From the NCBI GenBank assembly GCA_964606895.1, contig CAZSHX010000008.1:17816-81815 (forward strand): a stretch of DNA of 64,000 bases. Reading direction: 5' to 3'. Made by a program: the position numbers and the translations under genes. Shown here piece by piece: positions 38,177-48,755 of the stretch. How positions within the stretch are numbered: the first letter of the stretch is position 1; every line of letters starts with the position of its first letter. Source of the DNA: an uncultured Hyphomicrobiales bacterium. GTDB lineage: Bacteria > Bacteroidota > Ignavibacteria > Kapaibacteriales > UBA2268. The notes under the pieces are model-generated. The model saw only the letters and a list, made by a program, of their open reading frames with translations. It ran no database searches and had not been told where the DNA came from.

Positions 38177-39568
38177 ATGAAACAGTATTTTGCACTCGCA
38201 GTTCTTAATTCACTTTTTAAAGTGCCGGCTCGGTCAGGTGTTCAATCTTTAATCGGAAGGCGGCACATTCTTCTGAAATTTCTCTTAGTTTTGGTTGTTT
38301 TTGGAGGAATGTGGCAGGGGGTAAAAGCAACAAACCCGGAACCGATTGTTGATACTGTTTGGAATATTCAATTGGCAGCACCAATTTATAATGTAAAGTT
38401 CCTGCCTGGTGATTCATTAATTTTTGTAGCTGGCGGAAATGTTATTTTTATCGTTGAAACTAAATCAGGAAAAGTACTGAATAAATATGTTAATGACCTT
38501 GAGCTAACTTCTTCTTCATTAAATTTCAATGGAGATAAAATCTATGTTCCAACAAAATCAAAAAACAATAAACTTTCGATTAGGGTATTTGACATTAAAG
38601 CGAGAAAGTTTCATGAATCATTTGACGGCGATGTTGAGATGATAATATCAATATCTGTAGCCCCCGACGAAAGATATATTGCAACAAATTGCAGCACTTT
38701 CGGACTTGGGTTATGGAATACTCAAATTCACAATTTTGAAAAATTTATTAAAATTGATGGCTTCGAGCAAGTTTTCTTAGAATTTAGTTCCGATAACAAA
38801 TATTTATGTTCCGGATTATATTATAATGCCGGTCATCCCGGGTCTGAATACACGGAAACGATAATTTATTCTTATTCTGATTTTCAATTAAAGTTTATAA
38901 AAAAAGATTTCGGAGGTATTTTATTAAATAGCGGAAAAAGATTAATCGCCTTAAAAAAGAACACTTCAAACATTTATCAACTTGAGATTTACGAAGTTGA
39001 TTCCTTGAAGCTAATAAAAACTACTAATTTTGAAAGTCTTGAGCCATGGGGCGGGGGTCCACCTACACCTCTTGCAATATCAAAAAACGATAGATTTTTG
39101 GTTACAAGTAGCTATTCAAACATAACAAGAGTTTGGGATTTAGAACAGGAAATTAATGTTGTAAATTATCGGATAATACCTGATGACGAATTATTATATA
39201 TTGCAATCTCAAGTAACATGAAATACATCCTTGGAGGAACAGGCGGACACCTTGTACTATTAAATACACATTGGGAGCCGAATACGGTAAGAGATAATTC
39301 AACGGATTCATTAAAACAAATTAGTATTACAATTAAAGATAGTTTTAATTCGCTATCAATGGAATTATTTTGTCAAATCACGGAACCTTTGAACATGAGT
39401 ATAGTTAGCATAAATGGTGCTTCAGTATATCAAAAGGAAAACATACCTACAAATCCCGGACGAAACAATCTTGAAATACAAATCCCGAATTTACCATCTG
39501 GTGAGTATCTGATTACTTTAGTAGGTAAAAGAAATAAATATTTTGGCAAATTTATAATAGTCAAGTAG
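38177..39568 (+). CDS. Beta-propeller (WD40-like) repeat protein with a T9SS C-terminal sorting domain
   Basis: The start is taken at MKQYFAL. It has a repetitive propeller-like body. The CTD is MSIVSINGASVY...GEYLITLVGKRNKYFGKFIIVK. It is a paralog of 47297..48538. Confidence 0.5.
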   Translation: MKQYFALAVLNSLFKVPARSGVQSLIGRRHILLKFLLVLVVFGGMWQGVKATNPEPIVDTVWNIQLAAPIYNVKFLPGDSLIFVAGGNVIFIVETKSGKVLNKYVNDLELTSSSLNFNGDKIYVPTKSKNNKLSIRVFDIKARKFHESFDGDVEMIISISVAPDERYIATNCSTFGLGLWNTQIHNFEKFIKIDGFEQVFLEFSSDNKYLCSGLYYNAGHPGSEYTETIIYSYSDFQLKFIKKDFGGILLNSGKRLIALKKNTSNIYQLEIYEVDSLKLIKTTNFESLEPWGGGPPTPLAISKNDRFLVTSSYSNITRVWDLEQEINVVNYRIIPDDELLYIAISSNMKYILGGTGGHLVLLNTHWEPNTVRDNSTDSLKQISITIKDSFNSLSMELFCQITEPLNMSIVSINGASVYQKENIPTNPGRNNLEIQIPNLPSGEYLITLVGKRNKYFGKFIIVK

Positions 39569-40270
39569 GAGGTAATATGAAAAAGATAATTTTGATTCAG
39601 ATTATCCAGCTTTGCATTGAACCTATTGTCACAGGATGTTATTGACCCACGACCTTTGTTCAACAAAGATACACTAAGTGTTTTTGACCGAATAGACAAT
39701 AAATTTATCACTGGCTGGAACTGGGGAACTGCCGGAGCTAAATTGGATAATGCAATGAATATCAACACATATCATAGTATGGAATTAGATACGAATATAA
39801 CAACCAATTATCCTGACAGCATGAATGTAATTCAGTCATTTGGCAGTATAATTGCGGCGGGGGTCGCAATGGGGAAACGAACATTTTTAACTTACTACTT
39901 ATAAATTTGGTATTGTCAAAGAACGTATCTATTTCTTGTCATACCTGAGCATACAAGTATCTCGTTTTACTCCATTTTAGATTCCTGAATACTCAGGAAT
40001 GACACATTAAGTTTTTTCTTTCATTCCCAATTCATAATTTCCCTACCCCCTTTTTCATTTGGAAATGAAGATTCTTCAATCCTCTTAATCCCAAAAATCC
40101 CTGAAATCCCGGTTCAGACATATTTCCCTCATATTTTTTGGAATATGCAAATATTATGTTCGCACCGTATTTGTTTTAAATATGTATGGTACACAAGGTG
40201 TGGGCTGGTCCGCTCCTTATTTTTGCAATTAGATTTTTGGGGTCGTCCCGGAAGTCATTTTTTTAACCTC

Positions 40271-40346
40271 GTTCCCAAGCAGGAGCTTGGGAACGGAAAG
40301 ATATGAAAACGGAATTGAAGATGTTCCCAAGCAGGAGCTTGGGAAC
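40271..40346. repeat. Two identical 24-nt palindromic hairpin units (gttcccaagcaggagcttgggaac) separated by 28 nt
   Basis: The copies lie at 40271-40294 and 40323-40346. Each is a 10-bp stem with a 4-nt loop. They are flanked by an 11-nt long-range inverted repeat, ttttaacctcg (40261-40271) and cgaggttaaaa (40405-40415). Confidence 0.9.
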
Positions 40347-40469
40347 AAGAGAAACAAAAAACCCCGCCAAAATTACCCTTTTTTGATATAGGGTAAAATA
40401 TTGACGAGGTTAAAATAATTGAGTAATAATTTGTGAGAAAATATTTCTCAATAATTAATTACAGGTAAT

Positions 40470-41021
40470 TTAGTTCAAAGTTTTTTCGCCGGCTTCCCAG
40501 TTGCAGGGAGTTAATTTACCTGACTGCAAAGCCTGAAGCACTCTTAGAACTTCTTTGGAATTTCTTCCGACTGCTTCGGGATGAATAACCGAATACTGAA
40601 GCACGCCGTTAGGGTCAATCAGATACAAACCACGCAAAGCATAGCCTGTTTCTTCTTTCAAAACTTCAAAACTGCGGGCAGTTTCGCGAGTGAAATCTGC
40701 AAGCATCGGGAAAGGTAGATTTTTAAGTCCGGGGAGCTGGCTTCTCCATGCAAGATGGGAAAAATGACTGTCCGTCGAACACGCAACTACTTCACAATTC
40801 AAAGCTTTAAAATGCTCGTAGTTTTTGCCGAATTCTTCGATTTCTGTCGGGCAGACAAAAGTGAAATCGAGTGGATAGAAAAACAAAACAACCCATTTTC
40901 CTTTGTAATCGTCCGATGAAATTGCTTTGAATGCGTTGTCGGGTCCAAGCAATTCAGCGTTGCCGCCGATAACTGCCGTACCTTTGAAAGCGGGAGCCTG
41001 ATGTCCTACTAATAATGCCAT
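40470..41021 (-). CDS. ahpC: Typical 2-Cys peroxiredoxin (AhpC/Prx1 type)
   Basis: The peroxidatic Cys motif is FTFVCPTEI and the resolving Cys is in LTPCNW. The ATG at 41021 is preceded by GGAGG with 5-nt spacing; the ORF-track start at 41033 is a TTG inside that SD region. Confidence 0.9.
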   Translation of the reverse strand: MALLVGHQAPAFKGTAVIGGNAELLGPDNAFKAISSDDYKGKWVVLFFYPLDFTFVCPTEIEEFGKNYEHFKALNCEVVACSTDSHFSHLAWRSQLPGLKNLPFPMLADFTRETARSFEVLKEETGYALRGLYLIDPNGVLQYSVIHPEAVGRNSKEVLRVLQALQSGKLTPCNWEAGEKTLN

Positions 41022-41194
41022 GAAAACCTCCAATAAAATATTTAAGAAAGACTAATTAAAATTTTCGTTTTGTGTAATTCTTTTAACGCATTAAGTTTTT
41101 TTTTAGTGTAAAATATAAAAAAAAAATTTGTTTTCGTATATTCGTAGTTCTTATAAAAAGCATTATTAATAATAAAAGAAATATTGGAACGGAA

Positions 41195-43513
41195 ATGAGT
41201 GAAAAGAATTTAGTTATTGTCGAATCACCGGCAAAAGCAAAGACTATAGAGAAATATCTTGGTAAGGACTTCAAAGTTACTTCGAGTATGGGACATGTGC
41301 GTGATTTGCCAAAAGACGATATGGCTATTGACGTGAACAAAGGCTTCAAACCAACTTATGAAATATCTGAGGACAAAAAAGAGTTCGTAAATAAATTAAG
41401 GAAAATGGCTAAGGATGCAGAAGTTATCTGGCTGGCGACTGACGCCGACCGTGAAGGAGAGGCAATTGCCTGGCATCTGCTCGAAGCTTTGAAACTTCAA
41501 ACTAAGGATACAAAAAGAATTGTTTTCCGTGAAATCACCAAAACAGCAATTCAAAAAGCTGTTCTTCATCCACGGGAAATAGACCTTGATTTGGTAAATG
41601 CCCAGCAGGCACGCCGAATTCTGGACAGGCTTGTCGGTTACGAACTTTCTCCCGTTCTTTGGAAAAAAATTAAAAAAGGTCTTTCTGCAGGCAGAGTTCA
41701 ATCGGTTGCAGTTCGTCTTGTGGTTGAACGGGAAAGAGAAATCGAACAGCATTCAACAAAGATTTCATATAAAGTTACTGCAAAATTCGATTTAGGAAAC
41801 GGCAAAACTCTTGATGCAGAACTTCAAAAAAATCTTGAAAAAGAAGAAGATGCAATGAAATTCCTTGAGAATTGCATTAACGCAGTTTTCTCATTGAAAA
41901 ATCTCGAGAAAAAACCTGTCAAGAAATCTCCTGCACCACCTTTTACAACTTCAACTCTTCAGCAGGAAGCAAACGCCAGACTTAGTTTTTCGGTGGCTCA
42001 AACCATGCTCGTTGCTCAAAAGCTTTATGAATCGGGTAAGATTTCCTACATGAGAACTGACTCTACGAACCTTTCTCAGGACGCAATCCAAAGTGCCTCG
42101 GAGGAAATAGTAAGGTCATTCGGAAGTGAATTCCTGAATGTCCGTCACTACGAAACAAAATCAGAAAATGCTCAGGAAGCTCACGAAGCAATCCGCCCCA
42201 CCGATTTTTCAGTCAGGGAAGTCCACGGGAATCTAAATGAAAAGAAACTATATGAATTAATCTGGAAAAGAGCAATTGCATCCCAAATGGCTGATGCCAA
42301 ACTCGAAAGAACAATTGCTACTATAGATATTTCCACCGTACCGCAAAATCTTACGGCAACAGGCGAAGTTGTGATTTTCGAAGGATACTTGAAGGTTTAT
42401 ATTGATTCTAAAAATGAAGACGATACCGAAGAGGAAAATTCGAAATTACTGCCGCCATTAACCATTGGGCAAATTCTGGATTTAAACGAAATGAAGGCAA
42501 CTCAGAAATTTTCCAATCCGCCGCCGCGTTACAGCGAAGCAAGTTTGGTTCGTAAACTTGAAGAATTGGGAATCGGCAGACCTTCCACTTATGCCCCGAC
42601 AATTTCGACTATTCAGAAAAGGGACTATGTGGTTAAAGAATCCCGCGAAGGCAGAATCAGAGCATTTGATGAATTTTTACTCAAAAATAATACTATCAAA
42701 AAGAATAAACTTGAGTCCAAAGTCGGTTCCGAGAAAAACAAACTTTATCCGACAAGTACAGCAATGCTTGTAAATGATTTTCTGGTTGAAAACTTCACTT
42801 CAGTTGTTGATTTTTCATTTACGGCAACCATCGAAAAAGAATTTGACGAAATAGCCGCAGGAAAACTTGAATGGCACAAAATGCTTGAAGAGTTTTATAC
42901 GGATTTTCACGCAAAAGTTGAAGAAACAAATTCAATAAAGAAAAAAACAACCGAAGGTACTCGCGAACTTGGGAATGACCCTGTTTCAGGAAAGAAAATA
43001 TTTGCTAAATTCGGAAAATTCGGACCTTACATTCAGCTTGGGGATAACGACCAGGAAGAAAAGCCGAAATATGCCAGCTTGAAAAAAAGCCAGCTGTTGG
43101 AGTCAATCACACTGAAAGATGCCCTTGAACTCTTCAAACTTCCACGCGAAGTAGGAACTTACGAAGGCAAGGAAATGGTTGTCGCAATCGGAAAATTCGG
43201 ACCTTTTGTCCGTCATGATTCAAAATTCTATTCACTTGCAAAAACTGACGACCCATATACAGTTGTTGCAGAAAGAGCAATTGAAATTATAGATTCGAAA
43301 CGCGTATCGGATACTCAGAAAGTAATCAAAGTATTTACCGAAAACCCTGAATTGAAAGTTTTAAAGGGAAGATTCGGTCCATATATCACTCTTGCAAAAG
43401 AGAACTATAAAATACCGAAGGGACTGAATCCCGAAACGATTACTTACGAGCAATGCCTTGAACTGACTTCCGTTCCGAAGGAAGCAAAACCAAAAGCAAG
43501 AAGAAGAAGCTAA
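41195..43513 (+). CDS. topA: DNA topoisomerase I
   Basis: The Toprim N-terminus is LVIVESPAKAKTIEKYLG and the active-site Tyr region is ISYMRTDST. Three C-terminal GKFGPY-type repeats are present (FGKFGPYIQL, IGKFGPFVRH, KGRFGPYITL) instead of Zn ribbons. Confidence 0.95.
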   Translation: MSEKNLVIVESPAKAKTIEKYLGKDFKVTSSMGHVRDLPKDDMAIDVNKGFKPTYEISEDKKEFVNKLRKMAKDAEVIWLATDADREGEAIAWHLLEALKLQTKDTKRIVFREITKTAIQKAVLHPREIDLDLVNAQQARRILDRLVGYELSPVLWKKIKKGLSAGRVQSVAVRLVVEREREIEQHSTKISYKVTAKFDLGNGKTLDAELQKNLEKEEDAMKFLENCINAVFSLKNLEKKPVKKSPAPPFTTSTLQQEANARLSFSVAQTMLVAQKLYESGKISYMRTDSTNLSQDAIQSASEEIVRSFGSEFLNVRHYETKSENAQEAHEAIRPTDFSVREVHGNLNEKKLYELIWKRAIASQMADAKLERTIATIDISTVPQNLTATGEVVIFEGYLKVYIDSKNEDDTEEENSKLLPPLTIGQILDLNEMKATQKFSNPPPRYSEASLVRKLEELGIGRPSTYAPTISTIQKRDYVVKESREGRIRAFDEFLLKNNTIKKNKLESKVGSEKNKLYPTSTAMLVNDFLVENFTSVVDFSFTATIEKEFDEIAAGKLEWHKMLEEFYTDFHAKVEETNSIKKKTTEGTRELGNDPVSGKKIFAKFGKFGPYIQLGDNDQEEKPKYASLKKSQLLESITLKDALELFKLPREVGTYEGKEMVVAIGKFGPFVRHDSKFYSLAKTDDPYTVVAERAIEIIDSKRVSDTQKVIKVFTENPELKVLKGRFGPYITLAKENYKIPKGLNPETITYEQCLELTSVPKEAKPKARRRS

Positions 43514-43542
43514 ATTTTTTATACAATACAGAGGATGACAAA

Positions 43543-46056
43543 ATGGCAAAAACAGTAGCAAAAAAAATCATTCCAAAAGTTGAAAAAGAAAAACCGCCAC
43601 TCATTCCTGAAAAATATCAGGACTGGGTTTATGTCGGTGTTCTTGTCGTAGCAGTATTTGTGTTCTTTGCCGGAGCAATTGCCGCCGGTGGATTCAAAGA
43701 AGCCGATACGATTGCTTCCATGAGTTTCAAAACTTACCTTGAAGATGCAGGAAAGACAGGGAAATTCCCACTTTGGATGCCTTATATTTTCAGCGGAATG
43801 CCGAGTTATGCCGCACTTTTAACGACAGGCGAAAGATTTTGGGATTTTGTCCCGCTTGTGCTTTTTAGCTTTACGAAGTTTTTCGGAACGTTATTTAATA
43901 ACGATGTTGCACGTATGTCCATGTTTTATGCGATATACGCAATTGGCATTTATCTCCTGATGAGAAGCAAAAAGCAGGAGCAGTTTGTAGCTTTCTTTTC
44001 TGCCTTAGCGGCTGTTTTTTCAACGTGGGTGATAACTTGGGTGCTTATTGGACATAATACAAAGCCTGTGGTCTTTTCGATGTTCCCGTTCATATTTTTA
44101 TTCCTTGAGAAGTTGAGGGAAAGATTCTCACTGATATATGCGGTTCTCCTCGTTTTCGCTTTGCACATCATGATGGAAGGCGGACACTTACAGCTGATAT
44201 TCTACGGAGGCTGTGCTCTTGGTTTGTATATGATTTACGAACTCGTTAGCAGTATAGTTAAAAAAGCTGAACCCATGAAAGTTGTCAAGGTTTGCGTAAT
44301 TCTGATTTTTGCGGGGGCGATGGCTTTCATGATGTCCTCGGACAGATATCTGAGTACTATGGAATACACAAAATACTCAACCCGCGGCTCTGCCCCGATT
44401 GCTAAAGCCAAAGACCAGCATCAGGATGCTACGGGCGGGAATGATTACGATTATGCTACAATGTGGTCATATTCTCCGGGTGAAATGTTTACTTTATTTG
44501 TGCCAAGCTATTTCGGTTTTGGTGTTAGAGATTTCGAATATCAGGGACAGAAAATGATGCTTTCCACATATTGGGGACAGAAAGAATCAGAAGATTCACC
44601 TCCATATATGGGAATTACTGTTCTTTTCCTTGCTATGCTTGGATTCGTGGTCTATCGAAAGGATATGTTTGTTCAATTCCTTTTTGCATTGTCAATTTTT
44701 GGAATTCTGCTATCATTCGGCAAAAACTGGACGGTACTTTATAATGTTTTCTACTACTACATACCGAGTTTCAGCAAATTCAGGGCTCCGAGTATGTCGC
44801 TTGTTCTCCTGCATTTTTCCGCTCCGATTCTTGCAGGCTATGGCATCGCCGCAATATTGAAATGGAGAAAAGAATTCGGCGAAAAGGACAAAAAAATACT
44901 TTTGGGATTCCTTGCCTCCACAGGTGTATTCTTAGTCTTAGGACTAATCTTTGCCGCGATGTTCAAGTCAAGCTATACCGAATCTGTTATCAATTCACCT
45001 ATCGGCAAAGCTTACGGACAGAATTTCCCAACCGAGCTGATGACATTTATATGGTCGAATATGCTTGAGGATTGGTTCATCAACGGATTTTTTGCAATTG
45101 CGATTGCTCTCAGTGCATATTTGTTTGTGCTGAAAAAAATCAATAAAAATCTTTTCTTTGTCGTTTTAGCCTTTGTGCTTGTTTTCGACATCTGGCGTGT
45201 GGATTATCGCAGAATGGAAATATCAAAAGAAAAAGCAGAAGTAACAACATTCACCGAAAAAGCTGATGTTTTCAATTTCCTTAAACAAGATAAATCACTT
45301 TACAGGATAGCCGATTTTGCATCAAATCCGCAGAATATTCCTGCATATTTCCAAATGGAAAACATCAATGGCTACCATTCCGCAAAGTTAAGAGTCTATC
45401 AGGATTTGATGGATGTTGCCAATCCTGACCAATATCAGGGTTCAACTCATCAGATTTTTAATCCTTTCCTTTGGAATCTGCTGAATGTTAAGTACCTGAT
45501 TGCCGACAGACCGCTTTATCAGGGAATTCAGCCTCTATTCACATCGGAACGAAGCAAAACGATGATTTATGCTAACCCGACTTATTTGCAGAGAGTCTTT
45601 TTCGTTAAAGAAACAAAAGTTGCCGGACAGATGGATATTCTTATGCACCTGAAATCAGGCGATTTCAACCCGACTGAAGTTGCTTTTGTCGAGAAGGCAC
45701 TGCCTGAAACAATTCAGCCCGCAGACTCAACTGCAAACGCAAGAGTCACAAATCATGAAAATGAATTTATCAAAATCGAAGCAAATGCAAGCGGAAACAA
45801 TCTGCTATTCATAAGTGAAATCTACTATCCAAGCTGGCATGCCTATCTTGACGGCAAGGAAATTCCTATTTATAAAACAAACTTTGCCATGCGTTCTGTT
45901 GTTGTTCCCAAAGGAAAACACACAATCGAGCTGAAATTTGAATCGAAGAATTTCGAAACAGGTAAAAAATTGAGTGTTGCTGTCAATATCTTGGCTCTGC
46001 TCGGTTTGGTCGGCGGCATCGGTTTCGAATGGTACAAGAGAAAAAAGAAAGAATGA
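43543..46056 (+). CDS. YfhO-family polytopic membrane protein (glycosyl-transfer related)
   Basis: It has more than 10 predicted TM helices. The C-terminal soluble segment YYPSWHAYLDGKEIPIYKTNFAMRSVVVPKGKHTIELKF is typical of YfhO proteins. Confidence 0.7.
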   Translation: MAKTVAKKIIPKVEKEKPPLIPEKYQDWVYVGVLVVAVFVFFAGAIAAGGFKEADTIASMSFKTYLEDAGKTGKFPLWMPYIFSGMPSYAALLTTGERFWDFVPLVLFSFTKFFGTLFNNDVARMSMFYAIYAIGIYLLMRSKKQEQFVAFFSALAAVFSTWVITWVLIGHNTKPVVFSMFPFIFLFLEKLRERFSLIYAVLLVFALHIMMEGGHLQLIFYGGCALGLYMIYELVSSIVKKAEPMKVVKVCVILIFAGAMAFMMSSDRYLSTMEYTKYSTRGSAPIAKAKDQHQDATGGNDYDYATMWSYSPGEMFTLFVPSYFGFGVRDFEYQGQKMMLSTYWGQKESEDSPPYMGITVLFLAMLGFVVYRKDMFVQFLFALSIFGILLSFGKNWTVLYNVFYYYIPSFSKFRAPSMSLVLLHFSAPILAGYGIAAILKWRKEFGEKDKKILLGFLASTGVFLVLGLIFAAMFKSSYTESVINSPIGKAYGQNFPTELMTFIWSNMLEDWFINGFFAIAIALSAYLFVLKKINKNLFFVVLAFVLVFDIWRVDYRRMEISKEKAEVTTFTEKADVFNFLKQDKSLYRIADFASNPQNIPAYFQMENINGYHSAKLRVYQDLMDVANPDQYQGSTHQIFNPFLWNLLNVKYLIADRPLYQGIQPLFTSERSKTMIYANPTYLQRVFFVKETKVAGQMDILMHLKSGDFNPTEVAFVEKALPETIQPADSTANARVTNHENEFIKIEANASGNNLLFISEIYYPSWHAYLDGKEIPIYKTNFAMRSVVVPKGKHTIELKFESKNFETGKKLSVAVNILALLGLVGGIGFEWYKRKKKE

Positions 46057-47213
46057 AAATAGGTTTCGAAGCGGTATCAATTTTTGGAGTGAGTGGCATT
46101 GAGATGTACACTCGCTCTCTTATTCGTGCCCTGTCCGAACTTGAAAACGGACCCGATATCCACCTTTTTACGTCGTCCAGCCGTCAGAAAAGGGTGGCAG
46201 AATATTTCAGAGATACAAACAATATTAAAGTCAAAAAGCTTTTTCTGCATCCCCTTGCACTCGGAAAAATCGGTGCTCCGCTCATTAAGTTTATTAAAAA
46301 TGATATTCTGATGAAAAAAGCCTCTGCGGAAGTTGATTTATTTCATAATGTTAATCCCTGCTTTTATCATAAAAATATTAAAAACATGGCTGTAACGGTT
46401 CATGATTTGTTTGTTTTTTACGATGACGATTGGGCAAAAACTGCGTTTGAACCTGACCAGCAGGAATTTCAAGAAAATTTTCTTTCAGCATTCGAAAATG
46501 CTAAAGTGGTTTTCACTCCTACAAGATTTGTTGCCGATGAAATACTTACCAAATTCCCGTGGGTTGACAAGAAGAAGATTTATGTTACCTATGAAGCGGC
46601 AAATGAAAAATTCCGCAAAGCAGAGCCTGACTTCGATTTGCTTGCTCAAAACGGTATTAAGCCCGATATGAAATACTTCCTTTTCGTCAGCAGGATTGAC
46701 CCGCGGAAAAACTACGAAAGAATTCTTGAAGCTTACTCCAAACTTCCCGAAAAAATTAAACAAACGCACAAATTCGTATTTGTCGGCGGAGCGAAAGACC
46801 ACATCCAAAAGAAACTTTACGAATTGACAGCCAAACTTGGGATTGCAGATAATTTCATTCATTTGGACAACATTTCGAATGAAGTACTCGTTCAGGTTTA
46901 CAATCGTGCAACTGCATTGATTTTTGCAACTTTTGCCGAAGGATTCGGTTTGCCGATTGTCGAGGCAATGAATTGCGGATGTCCTGTGATAACCTCCAAT
47001 GTTTCATGTATGCCCGAAATTGCGGGTAATGCCGCTCTTCTCGTCAATCCCTACAGTACGGAAGAAATTGTTACAGCAATGCAAAAAACAGCTAAGGACG
47101 AAGACTTCAGAAATGACTTAATCCAAAAAGGCTTTCGCCGCGGACAAGAATTTTCGTGGCATAAAACCGCACTCGAAACTTACATGGGCTACATAGAGAT
47201 AGCAGAGGATTAA
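46053..47213 (+). CDS. Family 4 (GT-B) glycosyltransferase
   Basis: The ATG at 46053 overlaps the upstream stop as ATGA. The GT4 C-terminal signature is [21 protein letters not shown]. Confidence 0.85.
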   Translation: MKIGFEAVSIFGVSGIEMYTRSLIRALSELENGPDIHLFTSSSRQKRVAEYFRDTNNIKVKKLFLHPLALGKIGAPLIKFIKNDILMKKASAEVDLFHNVNPCFYHKNIKNMAVTVHDLFVFYDDDWAKTAFEPDQQEFQENFLSAFENAKVVFTPTRFVADEILTKFPWVDKKKIYVTYEAANEKFRKAEPDFDLLAQNGIKPDMKYFLFVSRIDPRKNYERILEAYSKLPEKIKQTHKFVFVGGAKDHIQKKLYELTAKLGIADNFIHLDNISNEVLVQVYNRATALIFATFAEGFGLPIVEAMNCGCPVITSNVSCMPEIAGNAALLVNPYSTEEIVTAMQKTAKDEDFRNDLIQKGFRRGQEFSWHKTALETYMGYIEIAED

Positions 47214-47296
47214 GAGGGAGGAATTTTCATAAGCCCCTGCTCAAGTAACTCCTGAATGAAGAAAATTAACATTATCTTTTGCATTTTTTCAACCTC

Positions 47297-48538
47297 TTAC
47301 CTGTTAATGATAAATGGTTGAGAGAATTTGTAGCTACCTGAATTTATTTCAAGATGATATGAACCATTAACAAGATTAGAAATATTAATTGAATAATTAT
47401 GATTACCTTGAAATAAGAATTTGTTTTCAATTGCCTGAGTTAATTGACCGTTAATGTTGAAGATATTTATTGTCGTTATTCCTGATTTAGTTAGCTCAAA
47501 TGTTAAATTTAAAATATTTTTATCAGATGGATTTGGAAAAATATTATTTGCTTTAATTGGACTGTTCTCTTGAACACCGTCATTCTTTAGAAAATTCAAT
47601 AAGCAAAGATAATTTCCAATATTTCCAGCAATATATTTATTGTCATTAGAAGAGGACAAATAATGAAAGCCACCAGGGTAATTCTTAAGCATTTTATTAT
47701 TAATTAAATCCCAGACTATAATTTGCCCATAAGAGAAAATTAAATATTTATCGTCAGACGAAAAAACCATTTTCCCAACACCAGATTCGTAACCCGGAAT
47801 TGATGCTAATTTTTGCTTTGTTTTTACATCAATAATTTTTATTGCTTCCCCGGGATCGGGTGATGTAAAAGCGATTTTTGTTCCATCATTGGAGTATTTA
47901 AGTTTAGTATGCCAACCTATGGGACACTCATAATCAATCGTAAAATCCGAAAGATTAAGAAATCTTAACTTTTCTTGTCTTAGTGTATCACCATGAGCAA
48001 CTGAGAAAGCAAGATGAATACCATCTGGAGAAAATTCAAGTTGCCAAATAAGTGGTTGAATCCTTTTATCATCTTTTATAACTGAGTCAATTTCTTTGAT
48101 AATTTTTCCTGTTTGTAAGTCCCAAATTGTTAGACCAAGTATATTCGCTACGGCAAAATATTTTTCATCTGAGGACATAGCCACTTTAATACTAGAAAAT
48201 TCAGGATAATTATCCTTAGAAAGAATTATTGAGTCTGTCAAAAAATTATAAACACGGAAACCAGTGTTACTTGATTGCACAAGATATTTCCCTGTCTTTG
48301 AAAAAAACACGTTACCGCCACTGTAGCCTTGGTATTTTTTTATTTGGGTTGCTGTATTTACATCCCAAATACCGACGTAAGCTCCATTACCTCCAACAGC
48401 AAAGAATTGAGAACTAGGATGAAAGGAAATTCCTAATACATCTTGAGTTTGCCTCATCCAGACAGTATCCGGCTCAGTTGCCTCCAACTTCAAAAAAGTA
48501 TTAACAAAAACAACCAAAACCAGCAATTTGAATTTCAT
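47297..48538 (-). CDS. Beta-propeller (WD40-like) repeat protein with a T9SS C-terminal sorting domain
   Basis: The start is taken at MKFKLLVLVVF (signal peptide). The CTD is IFPNPSDKNILNLTF...TTINIFNINGQL...GSYHLEINSGSYKFSQPFIINR. Its N-terminus resembles that of 38177..39568 (EPDTVW / DTVWN, ...AVGGNG / VAGGN). Confidence 0.5.
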   Translation of the reverse strand: MKFKLLVLVVFVNTFLKLEATEPDTVWMRQTQDVLGISFHPSSQFFAVGGNGAYVGIWDVNTATQIKKYQGYSGGNVFFSKTGKYLVQSSNTGFRVYNFLTDSIILSKDNYPEFSSIKVAMSSDEKYFAVANILGLTIWDLQTGKIIKEIDSVIKDDKRIQPLIWQLEFSPDGIHLAFSVAHGDTLRQEKLRFLNLSDFTIDYECPIGWHTKLKYSNDGTKIAFTSPDPGEAIKIIDVKTKQKLASIPGYESGVGKMVFSSDDKYLIFSYGQIIVWDLINNKMLKNYPGGFHYLSSSNDNKYIAGNIGNYLCLLNFLKNDGVQENSPIKANNIFPNPSDKNILNLTFELTKSGITTINIFNINGQLTQAIENKFLFQGNHNYSINISNLVNGSYHLEINSGSYKFSQPFIINR

Positions 48539-48755
48539 AATCCGATTCCAATAAATATATTTAATGTTTTCATCGAAACTTTTGTAACTTACGAAAAATA
48601 ATTCAAACACAAACAAGAAAAAATAATTTCGAGGCATCAGTTTTCTTTCATACTACATCGTCTGAATCACGGATTAATAGGATTTTGGGATTAAACGAAT
48701 ATTTTAATTCTGATTTATTATTTGAAGAAACTCACAAAATGAAATGATGCAATTC

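Noticed and set aside
39430-39768. 112-aa minus-strand ORF bridging the end of the 38177..39568 gene and the downstream remnant
   Set aside because: It lies antisense to a T9SS sorting domain, has no RBS or signal, and shows composition typical of a shadow ORF.
40085-40119. 35-nt motif ttaatcccaaaaatccctgaaatcccggttcagac resembling the reverse complement of 48660-48694 (ttaatcccaaaatcctattaatccgtgattcagac)
   Set aside because: The shared parts are a 12-mer, an internal aatcc and a 7-mer at similar spacing. A 12-mer match is expected by chance many times in 64 kb of AT-rich DNA. This is too short to call a dispersed repeat without a genome-wide count.
40271-40346. Possible mini-CRISPR array (24-nt repeat, 28-nt spacer, 24-nt repeat)
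   Set aside because: There are only two repeat copies. The repeats are perfect palindromes, typical of REP-like hairpins. No third copy, leader or cas gene is present in the window.
41083-41349. 88-aa minus-strand ORF overlapping the topA start
   Set aside because: It is low-complexity and hydrophobic, lies antisense to the highly conserved Toprim N-terminus of topA, and has no RBS.
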